This document shows, piece by piece, positions 1 to 7,668 of a stretch of 32,000 nt of DNA. The position numbers and the translations under genes were made by a program. A model generated the notes under the pieces. It searched no databases and was not told where the DNA came from. It saw nothing but the letters and a program-made list of their open reading frames with translations. The DNA lies in assembly GCA_004284765.1 (NCBI GenBank), contig NQJD01000007.1:30001-62000 (forward strand), given 5' to 3'. The DNA comes from Candidatus Electronema aureum (GTDB lineage Bacteria; Desulfobacterota; Desulfobulbia; Desulfobulbales; Desulfobulbaceae). Each line of letters begins with the position of its first letter. The stretch's first letter is position 1.

Positions 1-1181
1 TCTTCTTCAGAAACCCGGAAGCCCACTGCTTTGTCTGTAATTTTCAGAATCAGCCACGTCAGGATGCCGGAGTAGGCAAACGTAACCAACACACCGACCA
101 ACTGAATCACCACCAATTTCGGATTGCCAAAGAACAGGCCGTCTGCGCCCGCTGAGTTAATCGCCTTGGATGCGAACAAACCAGTAGCGATTGCGCCCCA
201 AGTACCGCCACAGCCATGCACGGCCACTACGTCCAACGCATCGTCATACTTGAACTTACTTTTCAGCGAAATAGCAAGGTAGCACAGCACGCCTGCCACT
301 AAGCCAATGATTATCGCTGACATCGGGCCGACAAAGCCAGACGCTGGGGTGATCGCAACTAAACCTGCCACTGCGCCGGAAGCTGCACCAAGAGCGGTTG
401 GTTTGCCGTGCAGCAGCCATTCCGCGCCTACCCAAGAGACCATTGCTGCTGCTGCTGCAATGTGGGTTACAAAAAAGGCTGAACCTGCAACTCCGTTAGC
501 TGCGCCTGCGCTGCCTGCGTTAAAACCAAACCAGCCGAACCAGAGGATGCCTGCGCCCAGCACGGACATGCCCAAACTGTGCGGCAAGAAGGAGTCTCTA
601 CCGTAACCTTTTCGTTTGCCGATGAATATTGCCGCAACTAAGGCAGCCATACCGGAGTTGAGATGAATGACTGTACCGCCTGCGAAGTCGAGTGCGCCTA
701 ACTTGAGCAGCCAGCCGTCAGCTGCCCAGACCCAGTGGCAAACCGGCAGATAAACGAAGGTCGTCCACAGAACAGTGAAGAGCAGAAAACCGCTGAATTT
801 GATCCGCTCGGCAAAGGCACCGGTGATCAGGGCCGGGGTGATACTGGCAAACATCAACTGAAAAGCACAGAAAACTATGTGTGGCACCGTAGTTGCATAG
901 GTGCTGCTCGGCTCCAATCCTACGCCGTCTAAGAAGGCCCAGCTCAGGTTGCCGATCACGCCGCCCATATCTGGTCCAAAGGCGATGGAATAGCCATAAA
1001 GCACCCACATTAGCCCGATCACGCCAAGCGAAAAAAAGCTCTGTACCACCGTTGACAGCACGTTTTTGGAACGCACCAAGCCGCCGTAGAACAGGGCCAA
1101 GCCGGGGGTCATGAACATGACCAGTGCCGCTGCAATCATCATGAACGCGGTGTCGCCCGCATTGATCGCACTCGGATTCAT
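1..1181 (-). CDS. amt: Ammonium transporter (Amt family), C-terminal end outside window
   Basis: My translation of the minus strand from the ATG at 1179-1181 gives MNPSAINAGDTAFMMIAAALVMFMTPGLALFYGGLVRSKNVLSTVVQS... The frame stays open to position 3, ending ...LKITDKAVGFRVSEE. It is missing from the ORF track only because no stop codon lies in the window. Track ORFs 307..606, 718..1281, 735..932 and 893..1114 are shadow frames of this gene. Confidence 0.9.
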   Translation of the reverse strand, partial: MNPSAINAGDTAFMMIAAALVMFMTPGLALFYGGLVRSKNVLSTVVQSFFSLGVIGLMWVLYGYSIAFGPDMGGVIGNLSWAFLDGVGLEPSSTYATTVPHIVFCAFQLMFASITPALITGAFAERIKFSGFLLFTVLWTTFVYLPVCHWVWAADGWLLKLGALDFAGGTVIHLNSGMAALVAAIFIGKRKGYGRDSFLPHSLGMSVLGAGILWFGWFGFNAGSAGAANGVAGSAFFVTHIAAAAAMVSWVGAEWLLHGKPTALGAASGAVAGLVAITPASGFVGPMSAIIIGLVAGVLCYLAISLKSKFKYDDALDVVAVHGCGGTWGAIATGLFASKAINSAGADGLFFGNPKLVVIQLVGVLVTFAYSGILTWLILKITDKAVGFRVSEE

Positions 1182-1276
1182 AACATAGTCCTCCTCTTGA
1201 AAAGATTAAAGTGTTGCCGAAGTATCCGCTGGAAAGAGACCTGTTTTCTATCCCCTTCACTGTTTCCTGTATATTT

Positions 1277-1292
1277 TGCAAAATTCATGCCA
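1277..1292 (-). promoter_or_regulatory. sigma54 (RpoN) -24/-12 promoter for amt
   Basis: The minus strand reads TGGCATGAATTTTGCA, i.e. TGGCAT-N5-TTGCA against the consensus TGGCAC-N5-TTGCW. It lies about 95 nt upstream of the amt ATG. Confidence 0.6.
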
Positions 1293-1423
1293 TCTTTACA
1301 ATGTGTTAATTTTAACTTTTCATATCAAGCAATTATTCCAATTGTGTACGATTCACCACGATACCGTTTGATACGTTTTTGTATTTAACAAATATTTCAT
1401 CTTGCAAAAATGTAACTACCTTA

Positions 1424-1464
1424 CGATAAAAAACGAAACACCAAACCCCTTAATAGGAGGTTCG
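1424..1464 (-). terminator. Candidate rho-independent terminator after the Nif11-domain gene
   Basis: On the minus strand, CCGAACCTCC-TATTAA-GGGGTTTGG forms an imperfect stem with one G-U pair and one bulge. It is followed by TGTTTCGTTTTTTATCG. It sits between the Nif11 stop (1501) and the amt promoter. Confidence 0.35.
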
Positions 1465-1500
1465 GCGCAGTTTAAAAAACAAGGTGTAAGTGGCGGCAGA

Positions 1501-1722
1501 TTAAGTCCACCAAATCGACCGTTTAGGCGGGTTGCCGTACTTTTCAAAGACATCGCCCGACTCCTTCAGCACCGCCTCCAGCTCCTCTACAGTGAAGCTG
1601 TAGCCGTCCTCAGCGGCCAGCGCGACAAACTCCTCTTTGGTGGCCGGAACATCGTATTTCGCCTTAATTTTCTTGTCCTTGCCGCCCGCTGTCAGCAATT
1701 TTTCTACGTCTGCTTTTGCCAT
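1501..1722 (-). CDS. Nif11-domain small protein (73 aa)
   Basis: Track ORF 1501..1773 trimmed to the ATG at 1720-1722, which is preceded by AGAGGAGG. The product MAKADVEKLLTAGGKDKKIKAKYDVPATKEEFVALAAEDGYSFTVEELEAVLKESGD fits the Nif11 N-terminal domain pattern. A tail VFEKYGNPPKRSIWWT follows. Confidence 0.7.
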   Translation of the reverse strand: MAKADVEKLLTAGGKDKKIKAKYDVPATKEEFVALAAEDGYSFTVEELEAVLKESGDVFEKYGNPPKRSIWWT

Positions 1723-1756
1723 GCTCTGGCCTCCTCTAAAGACTGTTATTTTTGAA

Positions 1757-2074
1757 TTACGAGAAAAATTCAATCTGTAGGCTTTCGCCGCTGCCCTGTG
1801 TCAACCTATAACTGCCACCGTCGAGAAATTTCATTCCGTTCTCCGCTGCTGCGGCCTTGATTGGAGCAGTAGTTTCTCTGAGCAATTCTTTGCTCGCCTC
1901 TTGGTTGCTGTGAAGAAGCAGCGTGTTGTTCTCATCGGTAAACTGAAGCAGGAAGGCGTTATGGTTGAGAAAAATCAAATCCTCATAAACATGAGAAATG
2001 CTCATACCTACCGCTTCAACGATATCCTTAACAACGCCGAGTTTTCGTTCTGACATTTGTTCAACCTGATTCAT
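1757..2074 (-). CDS. Hypothetical protein (105 aa)
   Basis: Track ORF with an ATG start at 2072-2074, 3 nt after the stop of the upstream gene (TAACTCATG), which suggests translational coupling. I recognise no motif. Confidence 0.55.
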   Translation of the reverse strand: MNQVEQMSERKLGVVKDIVEAVGMSISHVYEDLIFLNHNAFLLQFTDENNTLLLHSNQEASKELLRETTAPIKAAAAENGMKFLDGGSYRLTQGSGESLQIEFFS

Positions 2075-2077
2075 GAG

Positions 2078-2509
2078 TTAAAGCAGCTCATTCACCACCA
2101 ACCCCCGCAGTCTTCCCGCTAATTCCAGCATGGCCGGGATTTCCTCCATCTTTGGTGGACGGATGTTAAACGCATCTATATCACAAATTTCCTGATATTT
2201 ATCCAAGGCAAGTAGCCCTTCGCCAATTTCGCCCATCTTGCCCGGAAAGGTATTTTCCATCGCCTCAACTAAATCGCCCATCGTGTGATTATACGGTAAG
2301 GCACCGTGCCGCATCAGCGCAGCCATGACGAATTTTTCAATCGCCATCGCAATGATATTGTAGAGTATCTCAGGAGTGAAGGCTCGCACCTCCTTTCGGT
2401 GCGCCCCAACTGCCGCATTTAGATAGCCCTCGCCGTGCCGGAAATATTCTTCCCAACCCTTAATCGGCTGGAGCGCGGTCAGCGGCACCAGATGAGTTTT
2501 GCCTTGCAT
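2078..2509 (-). CDS. Hypothetical all-alpha protein, possibly HEPN-like
   Basis: Track ORF with ATG at 2507-2509, preceded by AAGGAGAA. The segment AMAIEKFVMAALMRHGALPYNHTMGDLVEAM resembles the HEPN helix pattern EKxxKAxL...G......HxLxxL. The canonical Rx4-6H spacing is not met. Confidence 0.5.
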   Translation of the reverse strand: MQGKTHLVPLTALQPIKGWEEYFRHGEGYLNAAVGAHRKEVRAFTPEILYNIIAMAIEKFVMAALMRHGALPYNHTMGDLVEAMENTFPGKMGEIGEGLLALDKYQEICDIDAFNIRPPKMEEIPAMLELAGRLRGLVVNELL

Positions 2510-2972
2510 TACCGTTCTCCTTGAGAAATTTCTGCAGACAAATCATCTCGGTCGTCTGCAACCCCATGTTCCGATAAAAGGCCAAAGCTGGGGTGTTGTT
2601 CCGATCAGCAAGGAGCTGCATCCGACGTGCTCCTTGGCTCACTGCCCATTCGCTAAGAGCAGCAAGAAGCAGCTTGCCTATGCCTTGCCCCTGCCAAGAG
2701 GGCAGTACGACTACGTCCTCAACCAGCACAGACGAACTACCTTGGGCCGTGGAAATCAACAACTGCCCCGTACACATGCCAACTATCTGCCCGTCTGTCT
2801 CGGCGACTAAAACTACCGCCCGGCTTTCCGCCAGCAACATACGCAGACCCTGCTCTTGCTTGCCCGCATCGAAAATAAAGTCCTTTTCAATACTGAAGAG
2901 CAGCTTCAGTAAGCCGAGCAGGGCTGGAATGTCCGCAAGTTCAGCTTGACGGATGAGAACTGCCGTATTCAT
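2460..2972 (-). CDS. GNAT family N-acetyltransferase
   Basis: Track ORF. It has an acetyl-CoA binding loop VLPSWQGQGIGKLLL (Q/RxxGxG/A) and ALAFYRNMGL. An ATGA start/stop overlap links it to the upstream ferredoxin gene. Its 3' end overlaps the next gene by 50 nt. Confidence 0.8.
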   Translation of the reverse strand: MNTAVLIRQAELADIPALLGLLKLLFSIEKDFIFDAGKQEQGLRMLLAESRAVVLVAETDGQIVGMCTGQLLISTAQGSSSVLVEDVVVLPSWQGQGIGKLLLAALSEWAVSQGARRMQLLADRNNTPALAFYRNMGLQTTEMICLQKFLKENGNARQNSSGAADRAPAD

Positions 2973-3274
2973 TCAGAAATGAGATACTTTGCCGCAGGTT
3001 CGCCTTCTTCAAGGCCGTCAAGGATGGCATCAATGGCCTCCTCGCTGCTTACTCCACCAAACCACCAGTTTTCTGGCTGCACAACCATTACTGGCCCTTT
3101 CTCGCACTGTTTGAGACAAGTGGTCGCGCTAACAAGACAGTCTAAGCCGCGATCCAGCACTTCCTCTTCAATGTATTGCAGAAAACCTTCGCTTTGCTTG
3201 TGGCAGAGACCTTTTTTGTCACCAGCAGCTCGAAAACTTTGGCAGAGCAAAATCTGCCGTTTTGGTATTGCCAT
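2969..3274 (-). CDS. Thioredoxin-like [2Fe-2S] ferredoxin
   Basis: Cysteine pattern C11-x12-C24-x28-C53-x3-C57 (LLCQS...GLCHK...TTCLKQCEKGP) with a GPVMVV strand, typical of thioredoxin-fold 2Fe-2S ferredoxins found in nif contexts. SD AGAGGGA lies upstream of the ATG at 3272-3274. Confidence 0.75.
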   Translation of the reverse strand: MAIPKRQILLCQSFRAAGDKKGLCHKQSEGFLQYIEEEVLDRGLDCLVSATTCLKQCEKGPVMVVQPENWWFGGVSSEEAIDAILDGLEEGEPAAKYLISE

Positions 3275-3295
3275 TTTTCTATCCCTCTGTTGAGA

Positions 3296-4414
3296 TTATT
3301 TTTTGCACTTTTGTTTTTTGCCGCCACCGTAGAGTACATCTACAAGACCTTCAATACTGTCCTCCGCCAGCAGCACTTTGATGCTCTGCTCGGCCAAGAC
3401 TTTCTGCGGATTTTCTCCGGCGTTTGCAGCCAGCAACGCGAAACAGTCAAAGAGGCATTCGCGAGCCAGCGTTTCCCAGCGAGAACTACCTGCGCCTGCC
3501 TCTGGCGCGTTGCGTACAGCCAGCAGCGAGGGCAGCTCATCACCACATCGTGGGCCGTAAATAAGGATTTTCACCGCCTGACCAAGGTGCAGGTCAACTT
3601 CCATGCCGTTGGAGCTGACTGCTGCCACGTTGGGCCGCTCTTTCGTTGGCTTGGGCAGCACGGTTCCGGCAAAGCTATCGCCACTGCCTGGCGGAGTAAG
3701 TAGGCTTGCGCCGTATTCACTCAGCTTTATATGAGCCGCTGCATCTTGCTTTGCTTTTTCCAGCATTGCTGCGTCACAGGCGGGCAAATTTTCCTCACCA
3801 GCAATCGGCTCAAAGGGCAGCAGGGTGATCGACGACGCTCCCAGTTCCGCCATCTTTGCCGCAATCGCCGCAACATGCTGATCGTTAATACCGGGATAAA
3901 CCGTAGTTTGAATGTTCACCGGCACACCAGCTTTGCTCAAGACCGCTACCGCTTTTTCCTGCTCGCTGATTAAAACCTCCGCCGCTTGCGATAACGGAAC
4001 AGTGCGCTTGCTCGGACGAATCCAAACGTAAATTTTTTCAATTATCTCAGTCTGAACTGCCTCGACGTGCAAATTGATTTGAGCAACCTGTCGTTCCGCT
4101 AAGGCAGGCGCAAGATTTGCTACACCCAGTCCAGCAGTCGTCACCTGCAAGCTGAAATGAGGATATTTTTCTCGCAGCTGATCGAGGACGGCAAAGAGCA
4201 TTTCCGGCGCAGCCAACGCATCGCCGGGGCCGCAAAGATTCACTCCGTGTATCTCCTTGCCACCCTTGATGAGTTCGCCAATCCAAGCAACTGCATCCGC
4301 AGGCGGCATTGCTGCTACTGCGTTACTGCTGCCGAAACGTTTGCCACAGACAGCCTGCGGCGCGACCGGCAGAATCAGGCTATCAATCCGCATAGATGTT
4401 GCACAGGCTTTCAT
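3296..4414 (-). CDS. NifB-like protein: radical-SAM-fold N-domain lacking CxxxCxxC, fused to a NifX/NafY-like C-domain
   Basis: The track ORF 3296..4426 starts at a TTG, so I prefer the ATG at 4412-4414 (MKACATSMRIDS...). NifB-like landmarks are LILPVAP, NLCGPGDALA, EIIEKIYVWI and VYPGINDQ. The C-terminal VAAVSSNGMEVDLHLGQAVKILIYG fits the dinitrogenase FeMo-cofactor-binding (NifX-type) domain. Where NifB has LPVAPxCNxxCxYC, this protein reads LPVAPQAVCGKRFGSS. Confidence 0.65.
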   Translation of the reverse strand: MKACATSMRIDSLILPVAPQAVCGKRFGSSNAVAAMPPADAVAWIGELIKGGKEIHGVNLCGPGDALAAPEMLFAVLDQLREKYPHFSLQVTTAGLGVANLAPALAERQVAQINLHVEAVQTEIIEKIYVWIRPSKRTVPLSQAAEVLISEQEKAVAVLSKAGVPVNIQTTVYPGINDQHVAAIAAKMAELGASSITLLPFEPIAGEENLPACDAAMLEKAKQDAAAHIKLSEYGASLLTPPGSGDSFAGTVLPKPTKERPNVAAVSSNGMEVDLHLGQAVKILIYGPRCGDELPSLLAVRNAPEAGAGSSRWETLARECLFDCFALLAANAGENPQKVLAEQSIKVLLAEDSIEGLVDVLYGGGKKQKCKK

Positions 4415-4486
4415 TATTCTTCTCAAAAGGCAGAATGGTCGTTATTCGTGCGGCACAATTCAATTCACCGCTGTTGTCCTTGATAT

Positions 4487-4502
4487 AGCAAGAACCGTGC
4501 CA
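4487..4502 (-). promoter_or_regulatory. sigma54 -24/-12 promoter for the nifB-like operon
   Basis: The minus strand reads TGGCACGGTTCTTGCT, i.e. TGGCAC-N5-TTGCT. It lies about 60-70 nt upstream of the nifB-like start codon. Confidence 0.65.
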
Positions 4503-4590
4503 AAGACAGCACTGAAGAATATTCTGATTTAAACTAAACAATTGATCGTTTTTCTGCCAAGGAAATGCAAAAAAGCATTCTGGTTGTTTT

Positions 4591-4606
4591 TGTCAAGAAG
4601 AGGACA
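4591..4606. promoter_or_regulatory. TGT-N10-ACA enhancer-type (NifA-like UAS) motif
   Basis: TGTCAAGAAGAGGACA sits about 90-105 nt upstream of the -24/-12 element. An IHF-like ATCAATTGTTTA (minus strand, 4535-4546) lies between them. The motif is short, so a chance match is possible. Confidence 0.35.
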
Positions 4607-4871
4607 AAAAAGTTCAAAATTGGCGTTATTGTCAACAAACGGCCTGATTGTTGCGTTTTCCCTTGTTTTTCATAGAAATTACGCAGCTCAATTTGCAGAA
4701 TTGAACAATTCGAGATTGAAACTGTGAACGAGGCGGTACGCGGAAGGGTACAAACGTTGCTCTGGGATCAGAGCAGATCGTTGCGGAACAGAAGGAGGAA
4801 TTACAAACTACAGGGCATTATTCTGAATAAGTTAAGTGAACTGCGTGGATTTTGATTCATAACCTACCAAC

Positions 4872-5927
4872 TCATGCGGGAACATTGACCGCTTCCTGCT
4901 GCTTCATTTCTTTTCTCACTCCCGCTGGACTTTGGCCGCACCAGCGTTGAAAGGCTTTACGAAAACCTCGCTCGCTCTCAAATCCCAGCCGAAAGGCCAC
5001 TTCATCTACACTCAGACTGCTGTCTGCCAGCATTCCCATCGCATTAATATGCCTCGTTTCGTCGATCAAACGGCTGGCACTGGTGCCGGATGCGTGTAGC
5101 TGCCGCTGCAAGGCACTGATGCTCATACCCAAACTCTGCGCCAGCCCAGCAGCAGAATAATCTCCCTTGAGCGAATTCCGCATCACCGCCTTACGAATTT
5201 CAGCCGTCCTGTCCCCTCTATCTAATCCATTTTCATACCGAAGTTCTATTAAACTCTGCTCCAGTACACTGCGCACTTCCGTCCTACCTGCCTTGCTGGG
5301 GCGGTCAAGCACTTTGCTGTCGAAAATTAGGGCATTGAATTTTGCGCCAAAGGACACCGGAGCTTTGAAAAATTCTTCATAGGCAGCTACTGGACCAATA
5401 ACCTGATGGCGAAACTGCACTCGGAGCAGCGCGTCGTCGCCAAAACATTCCTGCGCAATCCGCGTACCCATACAAAGGCCGATTTCCGCGCTCATGCCGT
5501 TGTCGAGCAAGCTGAGGGGCTGATGGGTACGCAGCACCGCTTCAGACCCACCCCAGTCAACTACCTCCATTTCCAACCGATCAGCAATTAACTTGCAGTA
5601 TTTGGAGAATAGCTCCAGCATCGAGCGCAGATTAGGAGCGCGGCGTAGTAATCGTCCCGGCGCACCCAGATAAGACAGCGGCGCAATTTGGGCCAGCTCT
5701 AAGGCCACGTTTCTATCGGGAAAGGCTTTGGTTAACAGCTGAAAGAATTTTTCAAAAAATGTTTCCGGCAGATAGGTGTCAGGATTCATCAACATAGTCG
5801 GGGTGATACCGGTCTCGCTGCTGATGCGCTCGACAGACAGGCCAACATAGGCCGCATAAAACACGGCCACATTGCCCATGCTACTCAGGATGCGATACTG
5901 CGAGGGAATTTCATGAAGAAAGGGCAT
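4872..5927 (-). CDS. AraC/XylS family transcriptional regulator
   Basis: C-terminal double HTH (GLAQSLGMSISALQRQL and VDEVAFRLGFESERGFRKAFQRWCGQSP) with an N-terminal AraC-type effector-binding-like region. SD AAGGTGA precedes the ATG at 5925-5927. Confidence 0.85.
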   Translation of the reverse strand: MPFLHEIPSQYRILSSMGNVAVFYAAYVGLSVERISSETGITPTMLMNPDTYLPETFFEKFFQLLTKAFPDRNVALELAQIAPLSYLGAPGRLLRRAPNLRSMLELFSKYCKLIADRLEMEVVDWGGSEAVLRTHQPLSLLDNGMSAEIGLCMGTRIAQECFGDDALLRVQFRHQVIGPVAAYEEFFKAPVSFGAKFNALIFDSKVLDRPSKAGRTEVRSVLEQSLIELRYENGLDRGDRTAEIRKAVMRNSLKGDYSAAGLAQSLGMSISALQRQLHASGTSASRLIDETRHINAMGMLADSSLSVDEVAFRLGFESERGFRKAFQRWCGQSPAGVRKEMKQQEAVNVPA

Positions 5928-5970
5928 ACTGTTTCACCTTAAAATAAATGAACAAAAATTTTATTGCGTC

Positions 5971-6153
5971 TTGACGCGAAAGTTCCGTTTTTTGCTGCGT
6001 CAGGACATTAAAACAGTTCAGCAGATGGTTTAAGATGGCATCGTTAAAATCTGGATGAATGATGATAACAGGTTCAGTTTTAACTTTGATGTCAAAGTTC
6101 CGATTTCTGATGCGTCAGGACATTAAAACAGCGGAGAAGATAGTTTAAGATGG
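5971..6153. repeat. Two 68-bp imperfect direct repeats (5971-6038 and 6086-6153), period 115 bp
   Basis: Copy 1 is ttgacgcgaaagttccgttttttgctgcgtcaggacattaaaacagttcagcagatggtttaagatgg. Copy 2 is ttgatgtcaaagttccgatttctgatgcgtcaggacattaaaacagcggagaagatagtttaagatgg. About 84 percent of positions are identical. They lie in the divergent araC-like/S8 intergenic region. Confidence 0.85.
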
Positions 6154-6365
6154 TTTTCACAAAATGAAAAACATTCAAGTTCAGTTGCTGACCCTGCATG
6201 TGCCGCTGCTTACTCTGCTCAAAAGAGGCACCTTGCATAGGGAAGTCAGCAGAGCTTGAAGCAAGATAATAACAGATTGCGGCGGGTGCTGCAATTTTTT
6301 AGTAATTGCCGCTGTAAATTTTTAATAGCGGTTTTTATTCACCACGTTTGAAAAAGGAGAGAAAA

Positions 6366-7553
6366 ATGGCTGCATCAAAGTTTGTTGTAATGACTCGCAG
6401 AAACCTTGTCACACCGACCTTAGAGTACGGCTGGTCGGTTTCAAGCACTGAGCGTTCCCGGCTCAGACCTGTTTCTGTAGAGATTGCTAAGGCGGACTTG
6501 ACTGCCAAAGAGGTCAGCGAGCTGAGACGTGATCCCAGCGTTGCCGCAATCGCGCCGATCATGCCGATCAAGCTGATCGCTCCGACAGAAAGTGTTGTTC
6601 TGGGAGACGCTGAAATTGCAGCGTTGTCTTCGCCGACATGGGGAGTCAAGGCTGTCCGGGCACCAGAATCCGGTTATGACGGAACTGGCGTGACTGTGGC
6701 CGTGCTTGATACTGGCATAGACGCTGAACACCCTGCGTTCAACGGAGTAGAGCTGCTCCAGCGCAACTTCACCTCGGAAGTAGACCATGATGATATTGGA
6801 CATGGCACGCATTGCGCTGGCACGATCTTCGGGCAGGATATCAACGGGCTGCGGTTCGGGATTGCTCGGAAGATAAAGAAAGCACTGATCGGCAAGGTGC
6901 TTGGAAAAAACGGCGGCTCTTCCGCAACAATCGCTGATGCTGTCGGCTGGGCAATCGGTGAAAATGCCCACATTATTTCGATGTCTCTGGGAATTGATTT
7001 TCCGGGCTACGTCAAATATCTGATCGACTGCGGATTAAAGGCAGAACCGGCCACTTCAATCGCCTTGGAAGGTTACCGAGCGAATATCAACTTGTTCAGC
7101 CAGCTGGCTGGATACGCCCGCGAGAGAAATGTGTTGATCATTGCCGCCGCAGGCAATGAAAGCCGGAGGCCGGAATACGAGATTGCTGTTGCTCCTCCTG
7201 CTGCCGGAACAGAAGTTGTCTCCGTAGGCGCACTGGGGCAGGCGGATGATGGAGAAAAGCTGGATGTGGCTGTTTTCTCCAACACGCAGGTGGACATCGC
7301 CGCGCCGGGCAGGGGTATTGTCTCTGCTTGGCCAGGCGGAAAGCTCGCCAGCCTCGAAGGAACCAGCATGGCCACACCTCATGTTGCCGGTGTTGCCGCT
7401 CTCTGGGCGCAGCGTGAAATTGAGAAGCACGGAAGAGTTGAATATCTTCCCTTGCTGGCTCGGCTGATTGCCAGCGGTACAACCGCGCCGCTAGTGCAAG
7501 GCATCAAAGAAGATAACGTGGGTACAGGGATTGTGCAATCGCCACTGACCTGA
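6366..7553 (+). CDS. S8 family (subtilisin-like) serine peptidase, no obvious signal peptide
   Basis: Catalytic motifs are VAVLDTGID (Asp), HGTHCAGTI (His), AAAGNE (oxyanion Asn) and GTSMATPHVAGVAAL (Ser). The track start at 6348 is a TTG. I prefer the ATG at 6366, preceded by AAGGAGAG. The N-terminus MAASKFVVMTRRNLVTPTLEYGW is not signal-like. Confidence 0.9.
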   Translation: MAASKFVVMTRRNLVTPTLEYGWSVSSTERSRLRPVSVEIAKADLTAKEVSELRRDPSVAAIAPIMPIKLIAPTESVVLGDAEIAALSSPTWGVKAVRAPESGYDGTGVTVAVLDTGIDAEHPAFNGVELLQRNFTSEVDHDDIGHGTHCAGTIFGQDINGLRFGIARKIKKALIGKVLGKNGGSSATIADAVGWAIGENAHIISMSLGIDFPGYVKYLIDCGLKAEPATSIALEGYRANINLFSQLAGYARERNVLIIAAAGNESRRPEYEIAVAPPAAGTEVVSVGALGQADDGEKLDVAVFSNTQVDIAAPGRGIVSAWPGGKLASLEGTSMATPHVAGVAALWAQREIEKHGRVEYLPLLARLIASGTTAPLVQGIKEDNVGTGIVQSPLT

Positions 7554-7668
7554 TCGTTTTCCTGCGTAGGATAGCAAATAGGAGGTGAATCATGATCAAA
7601 TAACAGGACGAATCTCTCGTGTTCTATTTTTTTCTATCTTCAACTAACAATCTTCAATGAGGTTAATC

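Noticed and set aside
307-1281. Track ORFs 307..606(+), 718..1281(-), 735..932(+) and 893..1114(+), which could be read as genes.
   Set aside because: They are shadow frames of the Amt transporter gene. Its own frame (minus strand, ATG 1179-1181) gives a textbook Amt sequence but is absent from the track because its stop lies outside the window.
1757-2509. The HEPN-like 143-aa and adjacent 105-aa proteins as a HEPN/MNT toxin-antitoxin pair.
   Set aside because: The 105-aa protein has no nucleotidyltransferase GSxxRG...DxD signature. The HEPN-like protein lacks the Rx4-6H catalytic motif. Both sit inside a sigma54 nitrogen operon rather than as a stand-alone cassette.
4542-4727. 61-aa ORF, and an AAGGAGGA motif at 4792-4799, in the nifB-like/araC-like intergenic region.
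   Set aside because: The ORF has no SD and overlaps the putative UAS region. The strong SD-like motif is not followed by ATG, GTG or TTG at a usable distance. I treat both as non-coding.
6227-6237. GGCACCTTGCA as a sigma54 promoter for the S8 gene.
   Set aside because: The GG and GC elements are separated by only about 1 nt instead of the required ~10-nt centre-to-centre spacing, so this is not a functional -24/-12 geometry.
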